The notes below the pieces were generated by a model that saw nothing but the letters and a program-made list of their open reading frames with translations, searched no databases and had not been told where the DNA came from. From Nitrosopumilus sp. (lineage in GTDB: Archaea; Thermoproteota; Nitrososphaeria; Nitrososphaerales; Nitrosopumilaceae): 64,000 bases of DNA. A program made the translations under genes and the position numbers. The stretch covers positions 64,001 through 128,000 of the forward strand of contig CBDBGZ010000005.1 in assembly GCA_965205425.1 (NCBI GenBank). Reading direction: 5' to 3'. Shown here one piece after another: positions 1 through 10,260 of the stretch. Every line of letters starts with the position of its first letter. Position 1 is the stretch's first letter.

Positions 1-104
1 AGACATAGTTTTTGTGCCTAAAATTAGCCTATTAACTTGCCTAATGACAAAAATTGATTGTTTGTGAACGTATGGTGTTTAAGTGATAATTTTTACTAAA
101 AAAT

Positions 105-1052
105 ATGACAGTTAATAGAATTGTTTCATTTTTACCTAGTGCAACTGAATTACTATACGAATTAAAAGAACAGAACAAACTGTATGGAGTAACACATGAA
201 TGTAAATATCCACATGATGCATCTTTAAAACCCAAAGTCATCAACACTGTAATAAATTCAGATGAATTATCTAGTAAAGAAATTGATGCTACAACTTGTA
301 AGTTATTGAAAGAAGGTAAAGATATTTTTGTGTTAGATGAAAATAATTTGAAAAAAGCTAAACCAGATTTGATAATATCTCAAGAAACATGTGAAGTATG
401 TGCAGCATACACAAATCAAGTAAATAAAGCAGTAAAAATTCTGGAAACAAAACCAATTCTGCATTCTATGGACCCACATAACATGAAAGAGATTATATCA
501 TCTGTAACAGAAATAGGAGAAATACTAGAATGTAAAGAAAAAGCTAAAGAAATTACAGATTCACTTGAAAAAAGAATTAGAAATATTAGAGAATCAAACA
601 TTATAAAAAAACAAAAAGTATTAGCAATAGAATGGATTGAGCCTTTTTTCACAGCGGGACATTGGGTTCCAGAAATGATAGAAATATCGGGAGGAATTAA
701 CTTGATAAGTAAAACAGGAGAACATTCTAGACGATTAGACATGGATGAAATAGTCAAATCAGAACCAGATATCATAATCTTGATGCCTTGTGGATTTGAT
801 ACTCAAAGAACAGTATCAGAATATAATGAAATTCTAAAAAATAATGAGATTTGGAATTCATTAAATGCAGTCAAAAATGACAAAATTTTTGCAGTAGATG
901 CCAATTCATTTTTCAGTAAACCAAGCATTAGAACAGTTGAAGGAATAGAAATTTTAGCCAAAATCATTCAGCCTGAGAAATTTGTTAATTTGAGAGTTTC
1001 AGAGCAATCATTTGCACACATTGGAAATAACCAGACACAGGCTCAAAAATAG
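105..1052 (+). CDS. ABC transporter substrate-binding protein, cobalamin/Fe-siderophore (BtuF-like) family
   Basis: RIVSFLPSATELL N-terminus, GVTHEC, EWIEPFFTAGHWVPEMI and FSKPSIR motifs typical of helical-backbone metal receptor proteins. Confidence 0.8.
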   Translation: MTVNRIVSFLPSATELLYELKEQNKLYGVTHECKYPHDASLKPKVINTVINSDELSSKEIDATTCKLLKEGKDIFVLDENNLKKAKPDLIISQETCEVCAAYTNQVNKAVKILETKPILHSMDPHNMKEIISSVTEIGEILECKEKAKEITDSLEKRIRNIRESNIIKKQKVLAIEWIEPFFTAGHWVPEMIEISGGINLISKTGEHSRRLDMDEIVKSEPDIIILMPCGFDTQRTVSEYNEILKNNEIWNSLNAVKNDKIFAVDANSFFSKPSIRTVEGIEILAKIIQPEKFVNLRVSEQSFAHIGNNQTQAQK

Positions 1053-1209
1053 CGACTGTTCTACCATATAACATACTGTTTGTTATGTCCAATTTTGGAA
1101 ATTAGAGTATATGACAAGAACATTTGCAGGAGACCCACAAATAGACAAATTGTTAAAAATGACAAATCTAGTCTTAATGAAAATAAAGAAAGAAACTCAG
1201 TAATTCAGA

Positions 1210-2421
1210 TTATTTTTTAGTTGCAGAAACTAGAGACACTACATCCCTATCTCTTAATTGATAATCAGTAGGCAATCTCAAATTATATCTCAAATCTTTT
1301 CCATATAGTAATCCCTTTGTTAAATCAGAATGAATTTCTTTTGCTAGATCATTAATTGTCGCCCCATCTTTTAATAAAATTAGATCAGGTAATATTCGAC
1401 CTTTTTTGTCTGCAAGATTTTTGTCATCAGCTACAGGGTAGATAGAATTCATTTTGAGAAGTTTGAAAACTGCCACATTAATTGCAAACTGTACACCTGT
1501 TCTCATATATTCTCCCATAATCCCTTTTTTAATAAAATTCAACGCATTGATTTGTTTTTCATTAAGCTCATCAGATTTAATAATTTCAAATGTTTCTGAA
1601 CCAGGCGAATATTTTATCAATCCCTTTTGTTCTGCACGTCTAAGAACAAATTCACTGTCGCCACTAACGGGAATTATAATAGAATCATTGTATCTTTCTC
1701 TTAATCGTGCAAAGTTTTTGTCTGCACCTTCAACATCAACTTTGTTTGCAACAATTAATGTTGGTTTAGATATTTTTCTAAGATAAGATGCAAATTTTTT
1801 GCTATCAGACATGTCAAAATCATCAAAATCTTTTTCTTCCAAGTTAGTTGCTAGGAAAGTTTCTTTGACATGAATTTTAGTTACACCTATACCTCGATAA
1901 AGATCAGTAATAGCATCCAAAACGTCCGTACCAGTTTTAATTAATTTTGAAATTTTATCTCTATTTCCTTCCAAAATTTTATGGTACCACATGATTAATT
2001 CTTCTTCAATATCTGCAAAATCAGATATTGGATCTCCCGTACCAACTTCAGTTATTTGTCCTGTTGAATCAATTCCTCCAGATGCATCAACTACGTGTAA
2101 TAATGCATCAGATTGAGCAGCAATAGACAAGAATTGGTTGCCAAGACCTTTGCCTTTCCAGGCATCTTTTATGAGTCCAGGCAAGTCAATTAGTTCAATT
2201 GGAATATATCTCCAACCATCAAGACATTTAGAATTATTTGGATTATCTTGGATTTTAAACTCAGGATGAACACATAGAGTGATTGCATGAGCCACTCCAG
2301 ACACAGGGGATTTTGTAGTAAAAGGATATGACGAAATTTCTTCTGAAGATAAAGTTGCAGAATTAAAGAAAGTGGTCTTTCCAGTGTTAGTTTTACCAAT
2401 TAATCCAATTTTAATAGGCAT
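1210..2421 (-). CDS. ychF: YchF/Obg-family GTPase with C-terminal TGS domain
   Basis: GKTNTGKTT P-loop, YPFTT, DLPGL, NKVD motifs; C-terminal LAKEIHSDL TGS segment. Confidence 0.85.
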   Translation of the reverse strand: MPIKIGLIGKTNTGKTTFFNSATLSSEEISSYPFTTKSPVSGVAHAITLCVHPEFKIQDNPNNSKCLDGWRYIPIELIDLPGLIKDAWKGKGLGNQFLSIAAQSDALLHVVDASGGIDSTGQITEVGTGDPISDFADIEEELIMWYHKILEGNRDKISKLIKTGTDVLDAITDLYRGIGVTKIHVKETFLATNLEEKDFDDFDMSDSKKFASYLRKISKPTLIVANKVDVEGADKNFARLRERYNDSIIIPVSGDSEFVLRRAEQKGLIKYSPGSETFEIIKSDELNEKQINALNFIKKGIMGEYMRTGVQFAINVAVFKLLKMNSIYPVADDKNLADKKGRILPDLILLKDGATINDLAKEIHSDLTKGLLYGKDLRYNLRLPTDYQLRDRDVVSLVSATKK

Positions 2422-2455
2422 GAATTGATTACTACTTCGGAATATTTATCTCTGC

Positions 2456-2821
2456 CTAGCAAGTAAAAGATTTTTTCTTTTTGATTTTTTCCAAGGTTTG
2501 ATTTAATTCACGAATTGCCCATTCAATATCAGAAAGGTCTTCATCAGAGAGAGTAGATTTCCATTTATCTAAAACACTGTTTGTAATTTCAGAACAATTG
2601 TAAATCAAATTCCAGTAAGGATGATGTTCTGCAGTAGTACACGCAAGTTCAGTAACATCATTTAGACCATTTTCTGCTCTAGCTAATGAGGTAATTTTTT
2701 CTCCAAAGATTTTAACAATATCATTTTCAAGATCTTTTTCTATTTTCAATGGAACATTTTGAGTTTCATATTTTTTGGCAAGATCTAATAAATCATGATA
2801 AAAATTTTCAAAATCAGTCAT
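2456..2821 (-). CDS. hypothetical protein
   Basis: ORF; likely start MTDFENF overlapping the upstream stop (ATGA). Confidence 0.6.
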   Translation of the reverse strand: MTDFENFYHDLLDLAKKYETQNVPLKIEKDLENDIVKIFGEKITSLARAENGLNDVTELACTTAEHHPYWNLIYNCSEITNSVLDKWKSTLSDEDLSDIEWAIRELNQTLEKIKKKKSFTC

Positions 2822-3231
2822 CTTGATAATCTCTGATGTTCTGCCAACATACATCGATTAAAAATTACTTTAATTCCAGCTTTTTTTGCAAGATTTTCAG
2901 CTTCAACATTATGAATTCCTTCTTGAAGCCAAATCACTTTGGGTTTTTTCTTTATTGCATCTTGCATTATAGGTAATAATTGATCAGAAGGCCTAAAGAT
3001 ATCAATAATGTCAATTTCTTCATCAACTTCAGAAACTAAAGCATGACATTTTTTACCTAAAATCTCATTAGCAGTAGGATTTACAGGAGTTACATCATAT
3101 CCATTCTCAGAAAGATATTTGGGCACATAATGAGCAGCTTTTGAAGGATTTTTGGATATTCCAATTACGGCTATTTTGTTTAATGAAAGGATTTCACGAA
3201 TTTGTTCATCTGATGAAGGATCTTGTTCCAT
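2818..3231 (-). CDS. CoA-binding protein (YccU-like)
   Basis: IAVIGISKNPSK, PVNP, DIFRPS, WLQEGI, NRCM motifs. Confidence 0.85.
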   Translation of the reverse strand: MEQDPSSDEQIREILSLNKIAVIGISKNPSKAAHYVPKYLSENGYDVTPVNPTANEILGKKCHALVSEVDEEIDIIDIFRPSDQLLPIMQDAIKKKPKVIWLQEGIHNVEAENLAKKAGIKVIFNRCMLAEHQRLSR

Positions 3232-3318
3232 AAAAGACATACAGATTTGAAGAATATAATTTTTGAATTTATATGAATTAAACAAAGAACTTTTTAACAG
3301 TTATGGAATTGAAAAAAT

Positions 3319-3825
3319 ATGGAACCAGAACCTAAAGATCTTATCGTATTAGGAGCAATTAAACACGGAATTAAAAAATTTGATAAAATTCAAAAAATGA
3401 CACAAATCAACCCCGAAGAATTGAATTCGATTTTAGAGCAATTGGAAAACAGAGGGCTGATTAAAACAAAAGAAAAGAAAGGATGGTTGGGATCCAAAAT
3501 AGAGATCATCACTACTGAAAAAGGCTCTAGAGAAATAGATGAAAGAGTTCACGAAATGCAAACAAAATGGGATCAAATGTCAGTATTATACAAAACAGGA
3601 GACAAAGAGAAATTAAAACAAGAAATGGAAAACAACAAATCATTTATTCCTTCAATGATGTTTTTTGGAATAATGGATATGATGATGTTTAGTATGATGT
3701 TTAGTATGATTGGAATGGCAATGTCAGATTATGTTGCTCCAGAAAACATGCCAGATACAGGAGACGGGGCCATGGATGATGGAGGGATGGATGATGGAGG
3801 ATTTGACTTTGACATTGGATTCTAG
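3319..3825 (+). CDS. winged-helix (MarR-like) protein with Met-rich hydrophobic segment and acidic Gly/Asp tail
   Basis: LEQLENRGLI wHTH-like segment; MMDMMMFSMMFSM and DDGGFDFDIGF tail. Confidence 0.6.
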   Translation: MEPEPKDLIVLGAIKHGIKKFDKIQKMTQINPEELNSILEQLENRGLIKTKEKKGWLGSKIEIITTEKGSREIDERVHEMQTKWDQMSVLYKTGDKEKLKQEMENNKSFIPSMMFFGIMDMMMFSMMFSMIGMAMSDYVAPENMPDTGDGAMDDGGMDDGGFDFDIGF

Positions 3826-3861
3826 TGTGTGTTTTATACTTGAGATAAAAACAATCTATAG

Positions 3862-4869
3862 TTGATTTACAATTCATTTGACAATCCAGGATTAGTCAAG
3901 GTACTAACATTTTTACAAACACACAATACAGAATATTTGTCAGGTCAGGATTTGAGTGACGTATTACGGATTAGTAGAGTTGCAGTATGGAAACACATCA
4001 AAAAGATTCAAGAATTAGGATATGTTGTTGAATCAAAACAAAAACTAGGCTACAAATTAATTTCAAAATCAGAATTATTACTCCCATGGGAAATTACTTC
4101 AAATTTGAAAACTCAAATCATTGGCAAACAGGCATATTATTTTGATTCAATAGATTCTACACAAAATCAGGCATTAAAAATGGCAGATGATGCTACAAAC
4201 AACGGTTCAATCATAGTTGCCGCCAAACAAACAGGAGGTCGTGGAAGATCTGGAAGGAAATGGGTTTCTCCAAAAGGAGGAGTTTGGATTTCCATCATAC
4301 TTCAACCAAGATTTGATATTTCAATTACTACATTATTCCCAATTGCATCAGCGCTTGCATTATCTATCGCAATAGAGAAAACATTTTCAATCAAACCGGA
4401 ATTAAAATGGCCAAATGATATTACAATCAAAGGTAAAAAAGTAGCAGGCATGTTAGTAGATGTAGCACTAGAATCAAATAAAATTGAGAGTTTAGTATTA
4501 GGGGTAGGAATTAATTTTGATGTAAACGTAAAGCAAATAGAAAAATTACTTAAAGGAACATCTAATTTTTACGGAGTTGCATCATTAAATGAACAAAAAC
4601 AAAAAATAAAACCAATTCAACTAGTCCAAACTTTTCTGGTGGAATTAGAAAAAATCTATAATGCTTTAAATGCCAAACAAACAAAAAAAATTATTTCTGA
4701 ATGGACAGCAAGATCATCAACAATAGGAAAAAATGTGGAACTAAATACAATTGACACGAAAATTAAAGGGAAGGCAATTAAAATTGATGATGATGGGTCA
4801 TTGATAATATCTGAAAACAACACTACACACAAAGTAATTGCTGGAGATATTATTCATCTATCAAAATAA
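3862..4869 (+). CDS. birA: bifunctional biotin--protein ligase/repressor
   Basis: N-terminal HTH (SGQDLS..ISRVAVWKHI), DSTQ, QTGGRGRSGRKW, KWPND, KKVAGML. Confidence 0.92.
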   Translation: MIYNSFDNPGLVKVLTFLQTHNTEYLSGQDLSDVLRISRVAVWKHIKKIQELGYVVESKQKLGYKLISKSELLLPWEITSNLKTQIIGKQAYYFDSIDSTQNQALKMADDATNNGSIIVAAKQTGGRGRSGRKWVSPKGGVWISIILQPRFDISITTLFPIASALALSIAIEKTFSIKPELKWPNDITIKGKKVAGMLVDVALESNKIESLVLGVGINFDVNVKQIEKLLKGTSNFYGVASLNEQKQKIKPIQLVQTFLVELEKIYNALNAKQTKKIISEWTARSSTIGKNVELNTIDTKIKGKAIKIDDDGSLIISENNTTHKVIAGDIIHLSK

Positions 4870-4870
4870 A

Positions 4871-5206
4871 CTATTTTCTCTTAGGTTTTGATTTAGTTTG
4901 TTTTTTTGTAGAATTTGGGATTAGTGAGGATTGTTCTTTAAGAATTTCTTTAAGATCTTTTTGTATGTCAAAGACAGTTGAAAGTAATTCTTCTAAAGAT
5001 TTAGAATATTTTTCATAGGTTATTAGTAATTCAGTTTTCTTTTCATTTGTCTTTGAGAGATAATCATTTGAGCGTAGTAAATTGGAGTTTTCAATCATTT
5101 CAGGCATAACCATAGGAGGTTCCCCTAATTGATCTAAATCATATTGTGCTTGTTGAATTTTTTTTCGTAAATCATAAATGATTTCACCTGCACCAATAGT
5201 TGTCAA
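4871..5206 (-). CDS. hypothetical coiled-coil protein
   Basis: 111-aa ORF, helical charged composition. Confidence 0.55.
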   Translation of the reverse strand: MTTIGAGEIIYDLRKKIQQAQYDLDQLGEPPMVMPEMIENSNLLRSNDYLSKTNEKKTELLITYEKYSKSLEELLSTVFDIQKDLKEILKEQSSLIPNSTKKQTKSKPKRK

Positions 5207-5242
5207 TACAAAAACCGTGATTATTAACGAATTAAAGATTTT

Positions 5243-6154
5243 CTAACACATACAAAATACTAGTTTAATTCGGCCTTGTAGAAACCATAATAAAATAACA
5301 AAATCTAATTTTCTAATCCTGTAAGCATTGTATGCAATTAACCTGTACAACATCTCATTGTCCTGAGTTGTAACATTTCTTGATGTGACATCTCCTGACA
5401 TTATCTGTTTGATCACAAAAAAGATTGTTTCAGATTTGTTTCTCTGATGGTACAATTGTACAGGAAAGTTCCTCTTCATCTCCTTTCTGTGAATTCCACT
5501 GGTTCTGTAAATTGGAACTGTTCTATATCGAGTTGGAATCATTGCAGCTGTGTTGATCTGTTCTGCACCAACATGGTTATTCTCATCATCAAAACCCATG
5601 TCACCTAACACAATATCAACTGGAACAATATTGTTGGTTTTGTACAACAATGGCAGAAAATCAGGATTATCATGTTGCATGTTGTGGTGTGTCATGACAC
5701 AGCAAACAAGCTGTGTATTCATGTCAGCACAAACAACAACTTTTAGGAAATTCCTGCGTAACTGTACTCTTTTTGTATAATAGTATGATGCTGTACTGTA
5801 ACTGAATCCGCTACCATCAATTCCAGCTAGAACCAGTCTGACTTTTTTGTACAAAATGAATTCCTGCAACATTTTATGTAACAGATTTCCTTCCAGTCTT
5901 GCAGCTGCCTTTTGTAGTGTGGTGTAATGTGGAATGGTAGACAAACCAAGATATTCCTGAATTCCTACACATTCTTCTAAAAATTCTGTAAATCTTCTAT
6001 AACTCTTTGATTCGTACTGTCGTATTGCCAAGAGTATGAGATGTGTCCAAACAGAATAGATATGATTTGATTTTGGATGTAAGAACCTGGGAATTCTGCA
6101 TCTGGTGATTATATTGAGTAGTGTTTTGCACATTTTGACGTATGATGAGACCAT
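5243..6154 (-). CDS. DDE transposase (IS5/IS4-like, DDE_Tnp_1 type)
   Basis: IDGSG, GDMGFD, YHQRNKSETIF catalytic motifs; reads through the IR to a stop in flanking DNA. Confidence 0.88.
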   Translation of the reverse strand: MVSSYVKMCKTLLNIITRCRIPRFLHPKSNHIYSVWTHLILLAIRQYESKSYRRFTEFLEECVGIQEYLGLSTIPHYTTLQKAAARLEGNLLHKMLQEFILYKKVRLVLAGIDGSGFSYSTASYYYTKRVQLRRNFLKVVVCADMNTQLVCCVMTHHNMQHDNPDFLPLLYKTNNIVPVDIVLGDMGFDDENNHVGAEQINTAAMIPTRYRTVPIYRTSGIHRKEMKRNFPVQLYHQRNKSETIFFVIKQIMSGDVTSRNVTTQDNEMLYRLIAYNAYRIRKLDFVILLWFLQGRIKLVFCMC

Positions 6155-6242
6155 ACTGTAATCTGCAAATACAATCCTAATGGATCTAAATTAGCTAAAA
6201 TGTATCACAATTGGGTTAAAATCAGATGGTTTCTACAAGGCC
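5272..6242 (-). mobile_element. IS5-like DDE insertion sequence, copy 1 (971 bp)
   Basis: perfect 15-bp terminal IR GGCCTTGTAGAAACC; 9-bp target duplication GTTTAATTC at 5263-5271 and 6243-6251. Confidence 0.92.
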
Positions 6243-6312
6243 GTTTAATTCATACAATTATGAGCCTAGATTGAGTATAAATTAGAAATAAACTATAAAC
6301 AAAATTAACAAT

Positions 6313-7752
6313 ATGAAAATATACAATATGCGAATTTTTTATTTTTTGTTTGTAATTTTGATAAGTACAACTTTGATGTTAGGAACTACATTTGCACAAA
6401 CCGAAGAAGATCTAGAAATCATGTTTAACGTAGCAAAAGGCCATTTTGTAAATGGTGAATACAAAGAAGCAATTACAATTTATGATGAAATTTTAGAGAT
6501 AGCACCAAACAATGTTTCAACTCTAAAAATGAAAGGGATTGCACAAAATAATCTTGGCGAACATGCAAACTCCCTTAAACAATTTTACAAAGTATTACAA
6601 TACAAACCAAATGACATTGTCTCTTTAACTGGCATGGGTGTAGGTTTTGGATATTTGGGGGAATATCAAGAATCAATATATTATTTTGAAAAAGCTTCAA
6701 AAGAAAAACCAGACAGTGTGGTAATAGATAATTACAAAAATTTTATCAATGATGTAATTTTAAAATATCCATATACACCTACAGAAAAACCCAAAGATAA
6801 TTCTAAATCACAAATTACATCAATACCAGAATGGGTAAGACCAATTGCAAAATGGTGGTCAGAAGGAAACATAGATGATAGTGAATTTAATTCAGCATTA
6901 ATCTATTTAATAGAAAATAACATTATTCAAATTCCTCTAGTTGAACAACAAAATCAACCTAATGAAAATATTCCAGAATGGGTAAAAAATAACGCAGGGT
7001 GGTGGGCAGATAAAGAAATAGATGATAACGTATTTGTTTTAGGAATTCAACATTTAATTGAGAATGGCCTCATTATAGTAAGTATTCAAAATGAAACACA
7101 GAAATCTCAAGAAGAATTAGACAGAGAATTTTATTTATTTGAAAAATATTTGAGAGACATTTCAAATAACATATCTAAAGAAAAAAGATACATTGAATTT
7201 CACAACCCAAGCCAAGATGTGATTAAAAAATTTCTAAGGGATTACATTAAATGGAATTTTGAAGAAGAGGTAAAAAGAGCATCAGGGAATTTCCCAGACC
7301 CTACATATCAAATTGAAGATGGAACATACATAATCAATTACAAAGTTTTCATCAATGATCAACCAACAGGGCTACCACTAGATCATGTTAGTACATTAAA
7401 GAATACTTTTGAATTTTGGCAAACCCAAGAATTAACAACAGAAAGTCAAAATGCAAAAATCCAATTTGAAATTACAGACCAAAGATATGAAGCAAATGTT
7501 TGGGTTACATGGGTAGTTCGCAATTTAGGAGACGGAGTATTAGGTCATGCACATCTTGGAAAAGGAGTTGTTGAAGTTACTTTAGGAGATTACAATTGTG
7601 ATGGGAGCTTCCAATTATACGATGTAGAAAGTGTGGAAACTATCATGACTCATGAATTAGGGCATTCAATTGGATTAAAGCATGTGAGTGAAAAAAGCAA
7701 CATAATGTATCCATCATATACTCCATCATATGCATATTGTTTACTAAGTTAA
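6313..7752 (+). CDS. secreted TPR protein with C-terminal zinc metalloprotease (matrixin/M10-like) domain
   Basis: signal peptide, TPR helices, two IPEWV..A.WW repeats, HELGHSIGLKH zinc motif and NIMYP Met-turn. Confidence 0.8.
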   Translation: MKIYNMRIFYFLFVILISTTLMLGTTFAQTEEDLEIMFNVAKGHFVNGEYKEAITIYDEILEIAPNNVSTLKMKGIAQNNLGEHANSLKQFYKVLQYKPNDIVSLTGMGVGFGYLGEYQESIYYFEKASKEKPDSVVIDNYKNFINDVILKYPYTPTEKPKDNSKSQITSIPEWVRPIAKWWSEGNIDDSEFNSALIYLIENNIIQIPLVEQQNQPNENIPEWVKNNAGWWADKEIDDNVFVLGIQHLIENGLIIVSIQNETQKSQEELDREFYLFEKYLRDISNNISKEKRYIEFHNPSQDVIKKFLRDYIKWNFEEEVKRASGNFPDPTYQIEDGTYIINYKVFINDQPTGLPLDHVSTLKNTFEFWQTQELTTESQNAKIQFEITDQRYEANVWVTWVVRNLGDGVLGHAHLGKGVVEVTLGDYNCDGSFQLYDVESVETIMTHELGHSIGLKHVSEKSNIMYPSYTPSYAYCLLS

Positions 7753-7854
7753 TTTCAAAAAATTAGATCATATTCTAAAAAACTAGAACAAGGGTTAGCT
7801 CAACCTACACACAATTAACCTGCAGAAATTAGGTAAAATGGATAATAAGGTATT

Positions 7855-8784
7855 TTGACAATTTCAAGTATTATGCTTAAAAACACAACAGTTGCAGGAC
7901 CAAAATGTCCATCATGTGGAGACAAAAAAATGGTTACAGATCAAAATACAGGAGAATTGTTTTGTAGTAAATGTGGATTAGTTGTTACAGATAAAATTGC
8001 AGACACTGGAGCGGAATGGCGTTCATTTTCAAATGACGAAGGAAATAAAGCTAGAACCGGAGCTGGAACATCCATTACAATGCATGACATGGGATTATCA
8101 ACAGTAATTGGAGCTGCAAATAAAGACGCTACAGGAAAACCACTCTCTGCAAGTGTCAAAAGTTCAATTGAAAGATTAAGGACTTGGGATAGTAGAAGTC
8201 AAGCACATTCTTCAGCTGATAGAAATTTGAGACAAGCACTAAATGAAATGGATAAATTAAAAGATAAACTGGCTCTAACAGATGCAGTAATTGAAAAAGC
8301 AGCTTACATTTATAGAAAAGCAATGGAAAAAAAATTAGTCAGAGGTCGTTCTATTCAAGGATTAGTAGCAGCATGTCTTTATGCATCATGTAGGAATACA
8401 GAAACACCAAGAACATTAGACGACATTGCAAAGGGAATCAACATTAGAAGAAAAGATGTTGCAAGATGCTATAGATTGATTTTCAGAGAATTAGAATTGA
8501 AAATGCCCGTAGTTGATCCTGTAAAAGGAGTATCAAGAATTGCAAGTATGGCAGAACTTAGCGAGAAAAGTAAACGAAAAGCAATTGCAATTTTAAATCA
8601 AGCAAAAGAAGTTGGGATGGTAGCTGGAAAAGATCCAATGGGTATTGCAGCAGCAGCACTTTATCTTGCATGTATTAGTACTGGAGAAGTGAAATCACAA
8701 AAAGATATTTCCATTGCATCAGGAGTTACAGAGGTAACCATTAGAAACAGATGTGCAGGTCTTAGACAAATGTTAAAGGACTAG
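7855..8784 (+). CDS. tfb: transcription initiation factor IIB
   Basis: CPSC..CSKC Zn ribbon, AEWRSF, two cyclin repeats, GVTEVTIRNR. Confidence 0.95.
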   Translation: MTISSIMLKNTTVAGPKCPSCGDKKMVTDQNTGELFCSKCGLVVTDKIADTGAEWRSFSNDEGNKARTGAGTSITMHDMGLSTVIGAANKDATGKPLSASVKSSIERLRTWDSRSQAHSSADRNLRQALNEMDKLKDKLALTDAVIEKAAYIYRKAMEKKLVRGRSIQGLVAACLYASCRNTETPRTLDDIAKGINIRRKDVARCYRLIFRELELKMPVVDPVKGVSRIASMAELSEKSKRKAIAILNQAKEVGMVAGKDPMGIAAAALYLACISTGEVKSQKDISIASGVTEVTIRNRCAGLRQMLKD

Positions 8785-8791
8785 AGACAAG

Positions 8792-9208
8792 TTATTTTTT
8801 ATTTTGTTCAAATTCTAATTTATCCCAAGGGAATACCACATATGCATCACTATCAGTTTCTTTTCCATAGATTAATTGTGAAGGATATACTCGTCTACAT
8901 CTAGCAAATAATGTGACATAGAACAATTTTGAAGAATCATCAATTTTAGAAATAATTTTCTCAAAAGTCTTGCCAGAATCAAAAATATCATCTACAAATA
9001 AGGAATTATGTGAAATTTGAGATTCATCAACAAGAATTTTTTCAATACCCAAATGATCAGCCAATAAACGAGCTGGAACTAATCCACCTCTACTCAGAGT
9101 GCTGATGTTTGAAAAAGTTCTTGAAGATTTTGAAATAATATCAGATAGTTTTTCAATTATGGAATCAATTTCAGACCATTCAACATATTGCGCCAAAGAT
9201 ATAATCAA
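8792..9208 (-). CDS. purine phosphoribosyltransferase-family protein
   Basis: SRGGLVPA and LFVDDIFDSGKT PRPP-binding loop, VVFPW. Confidence 0.8.
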   Translation of the reverse strand: MIISLAQYVEWSEIDSIIEKLSDIISKSSRTFSNISTLSRGGLVPARLLADHLGIEKILVDESQISHNSLFVDDIFDSGKTFEKIISKIDDSSKLFYVTLFARCRRVYPSQLIYGKETDSDAYVVFPWDKLEFEQNKK

Positions 9209-9238
9209 AAATGAAAAAGGAGAATTAAGTTGTTTTGA

Positions 9239-9631
9239 TTAAAAAGTCTTCATTGGAGATTTTTTTAAAGATTCAATAATTTTTAGAACTTTGAATGGTA
9301 GTTGACCAAAATCAATCTCTTTTTCACAAGATAACAATAACACATCATCGTTATTCAATGGGAAACTCATGACAATAACTTTGTCTCGATAAGACATTGA
9401 GAAATGAACTTCGCCAAATTCAGCATCAAATTCGTGTCTCATTCTAACACGTAATGCTAGTTCCATGAACATCATTTCATCTTGTTTTTGGGCTTCAAGA
9501 GAAAGCAAGCCATCCTTCATCCCCCCAGCTGTAAGATGACCTCGACTATTAATGAGCCTAGCTGAACGCATTTTTGGATCTAGTGCAATAATGTTTTGAC
9601 ATATTTTTTCAAGTTCATCAACATTATCCAT
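9239..9631 (-). CDS. thaumarchaeal roadblock-like (DUF6659-type) protein
   Basis: MELALRVRMRHEFDAEFG motif recalled from this lineage-expanded family. Confidence 0.6.
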   Translation of the reverse strand: MDNVDELEKICQNIIALDPKMRSARLINSRGHLTAGGMKDGLLSLEAQKQDEMMFMELALRVRMRHEFDAEFGEVHFSMSYRDKVIVMSFPLNNDDVLLLSCEKEIDFGQLPFKVLKIIESLKKSPMKTF

Positions 9632-9684
9632 TAGTCTAATTTAGTAATCGAACTATTTATTGCGATCTGTAATAATAGATATCT

Positions 9685-10260
9685 GTGCAGTCAGATTCTT
9701 CAAAAAATACCATGGATTACTACAAACATTTGTCATTATTCTGGACAGACATTATGCATTTAATGTCCAGTAAACCACAAGCATTAGCATCTACTGGGCC
9801 TATGAGAGCGTTTGCAGCAAATTCAAAAAAAGTAACCACAGAATTAATTGAAATTAATGAAGATTTGATGGGATTTAATCAATACCTTATGGAATATTAT
9901 AAACAATTAACAAGTGCTTGGGAAGTTGCACAAAAAAAAGTCAATTTGAAAGCTCCTGAAGTACCACAAGATGTAGAACAAATTGAAGCATTCAAAAGAA
10001 TATGGATAGACATTTTTGATAATGATTTTACAGAATTGTTTGATTCTAAAAGTTTTGGAGAAAATTATGGAAAGCTTGTGTCAAAAGAATTAGAATTGAC
10101 AAAACATTGGAACAACATTACAAATGTAGTTTTACAATCAGTTAACCTTCCAAGCAAAGAAGAGATCGATGAAGTATACAAAGAACTTCATTCATTGAAA
10201 AAAAGAGTTGGAAAACTAGAGTTAGAATTAAAGAAAAAAGAGATGAAGAAAAATGCATAG
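9685..10260 (+). CDS. phaE: class III PHA synthase subunit PhaE
   Basis: C-terminal NLPSKEEIDEVYKELHSLKKRV; overlaps start of phaC. Confidence 0.85.
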   Translation: MQSDSSKNTMDYYKHLSLFWTDIMHLMSSKPQALASTGPMRAFAANSKKVTTELIEINEDLMGFNQYLMEYYKQLTSAWEVAQKKVNLKAPEVPQDVEQIEAFKRIWIDIFDNDFTELFDSKSFGENYGKLVSKELELTKHWNNITNVVLQSVNLPSKEEIDEVYKELHSLKKRVGKLELELKKKEMKKNA

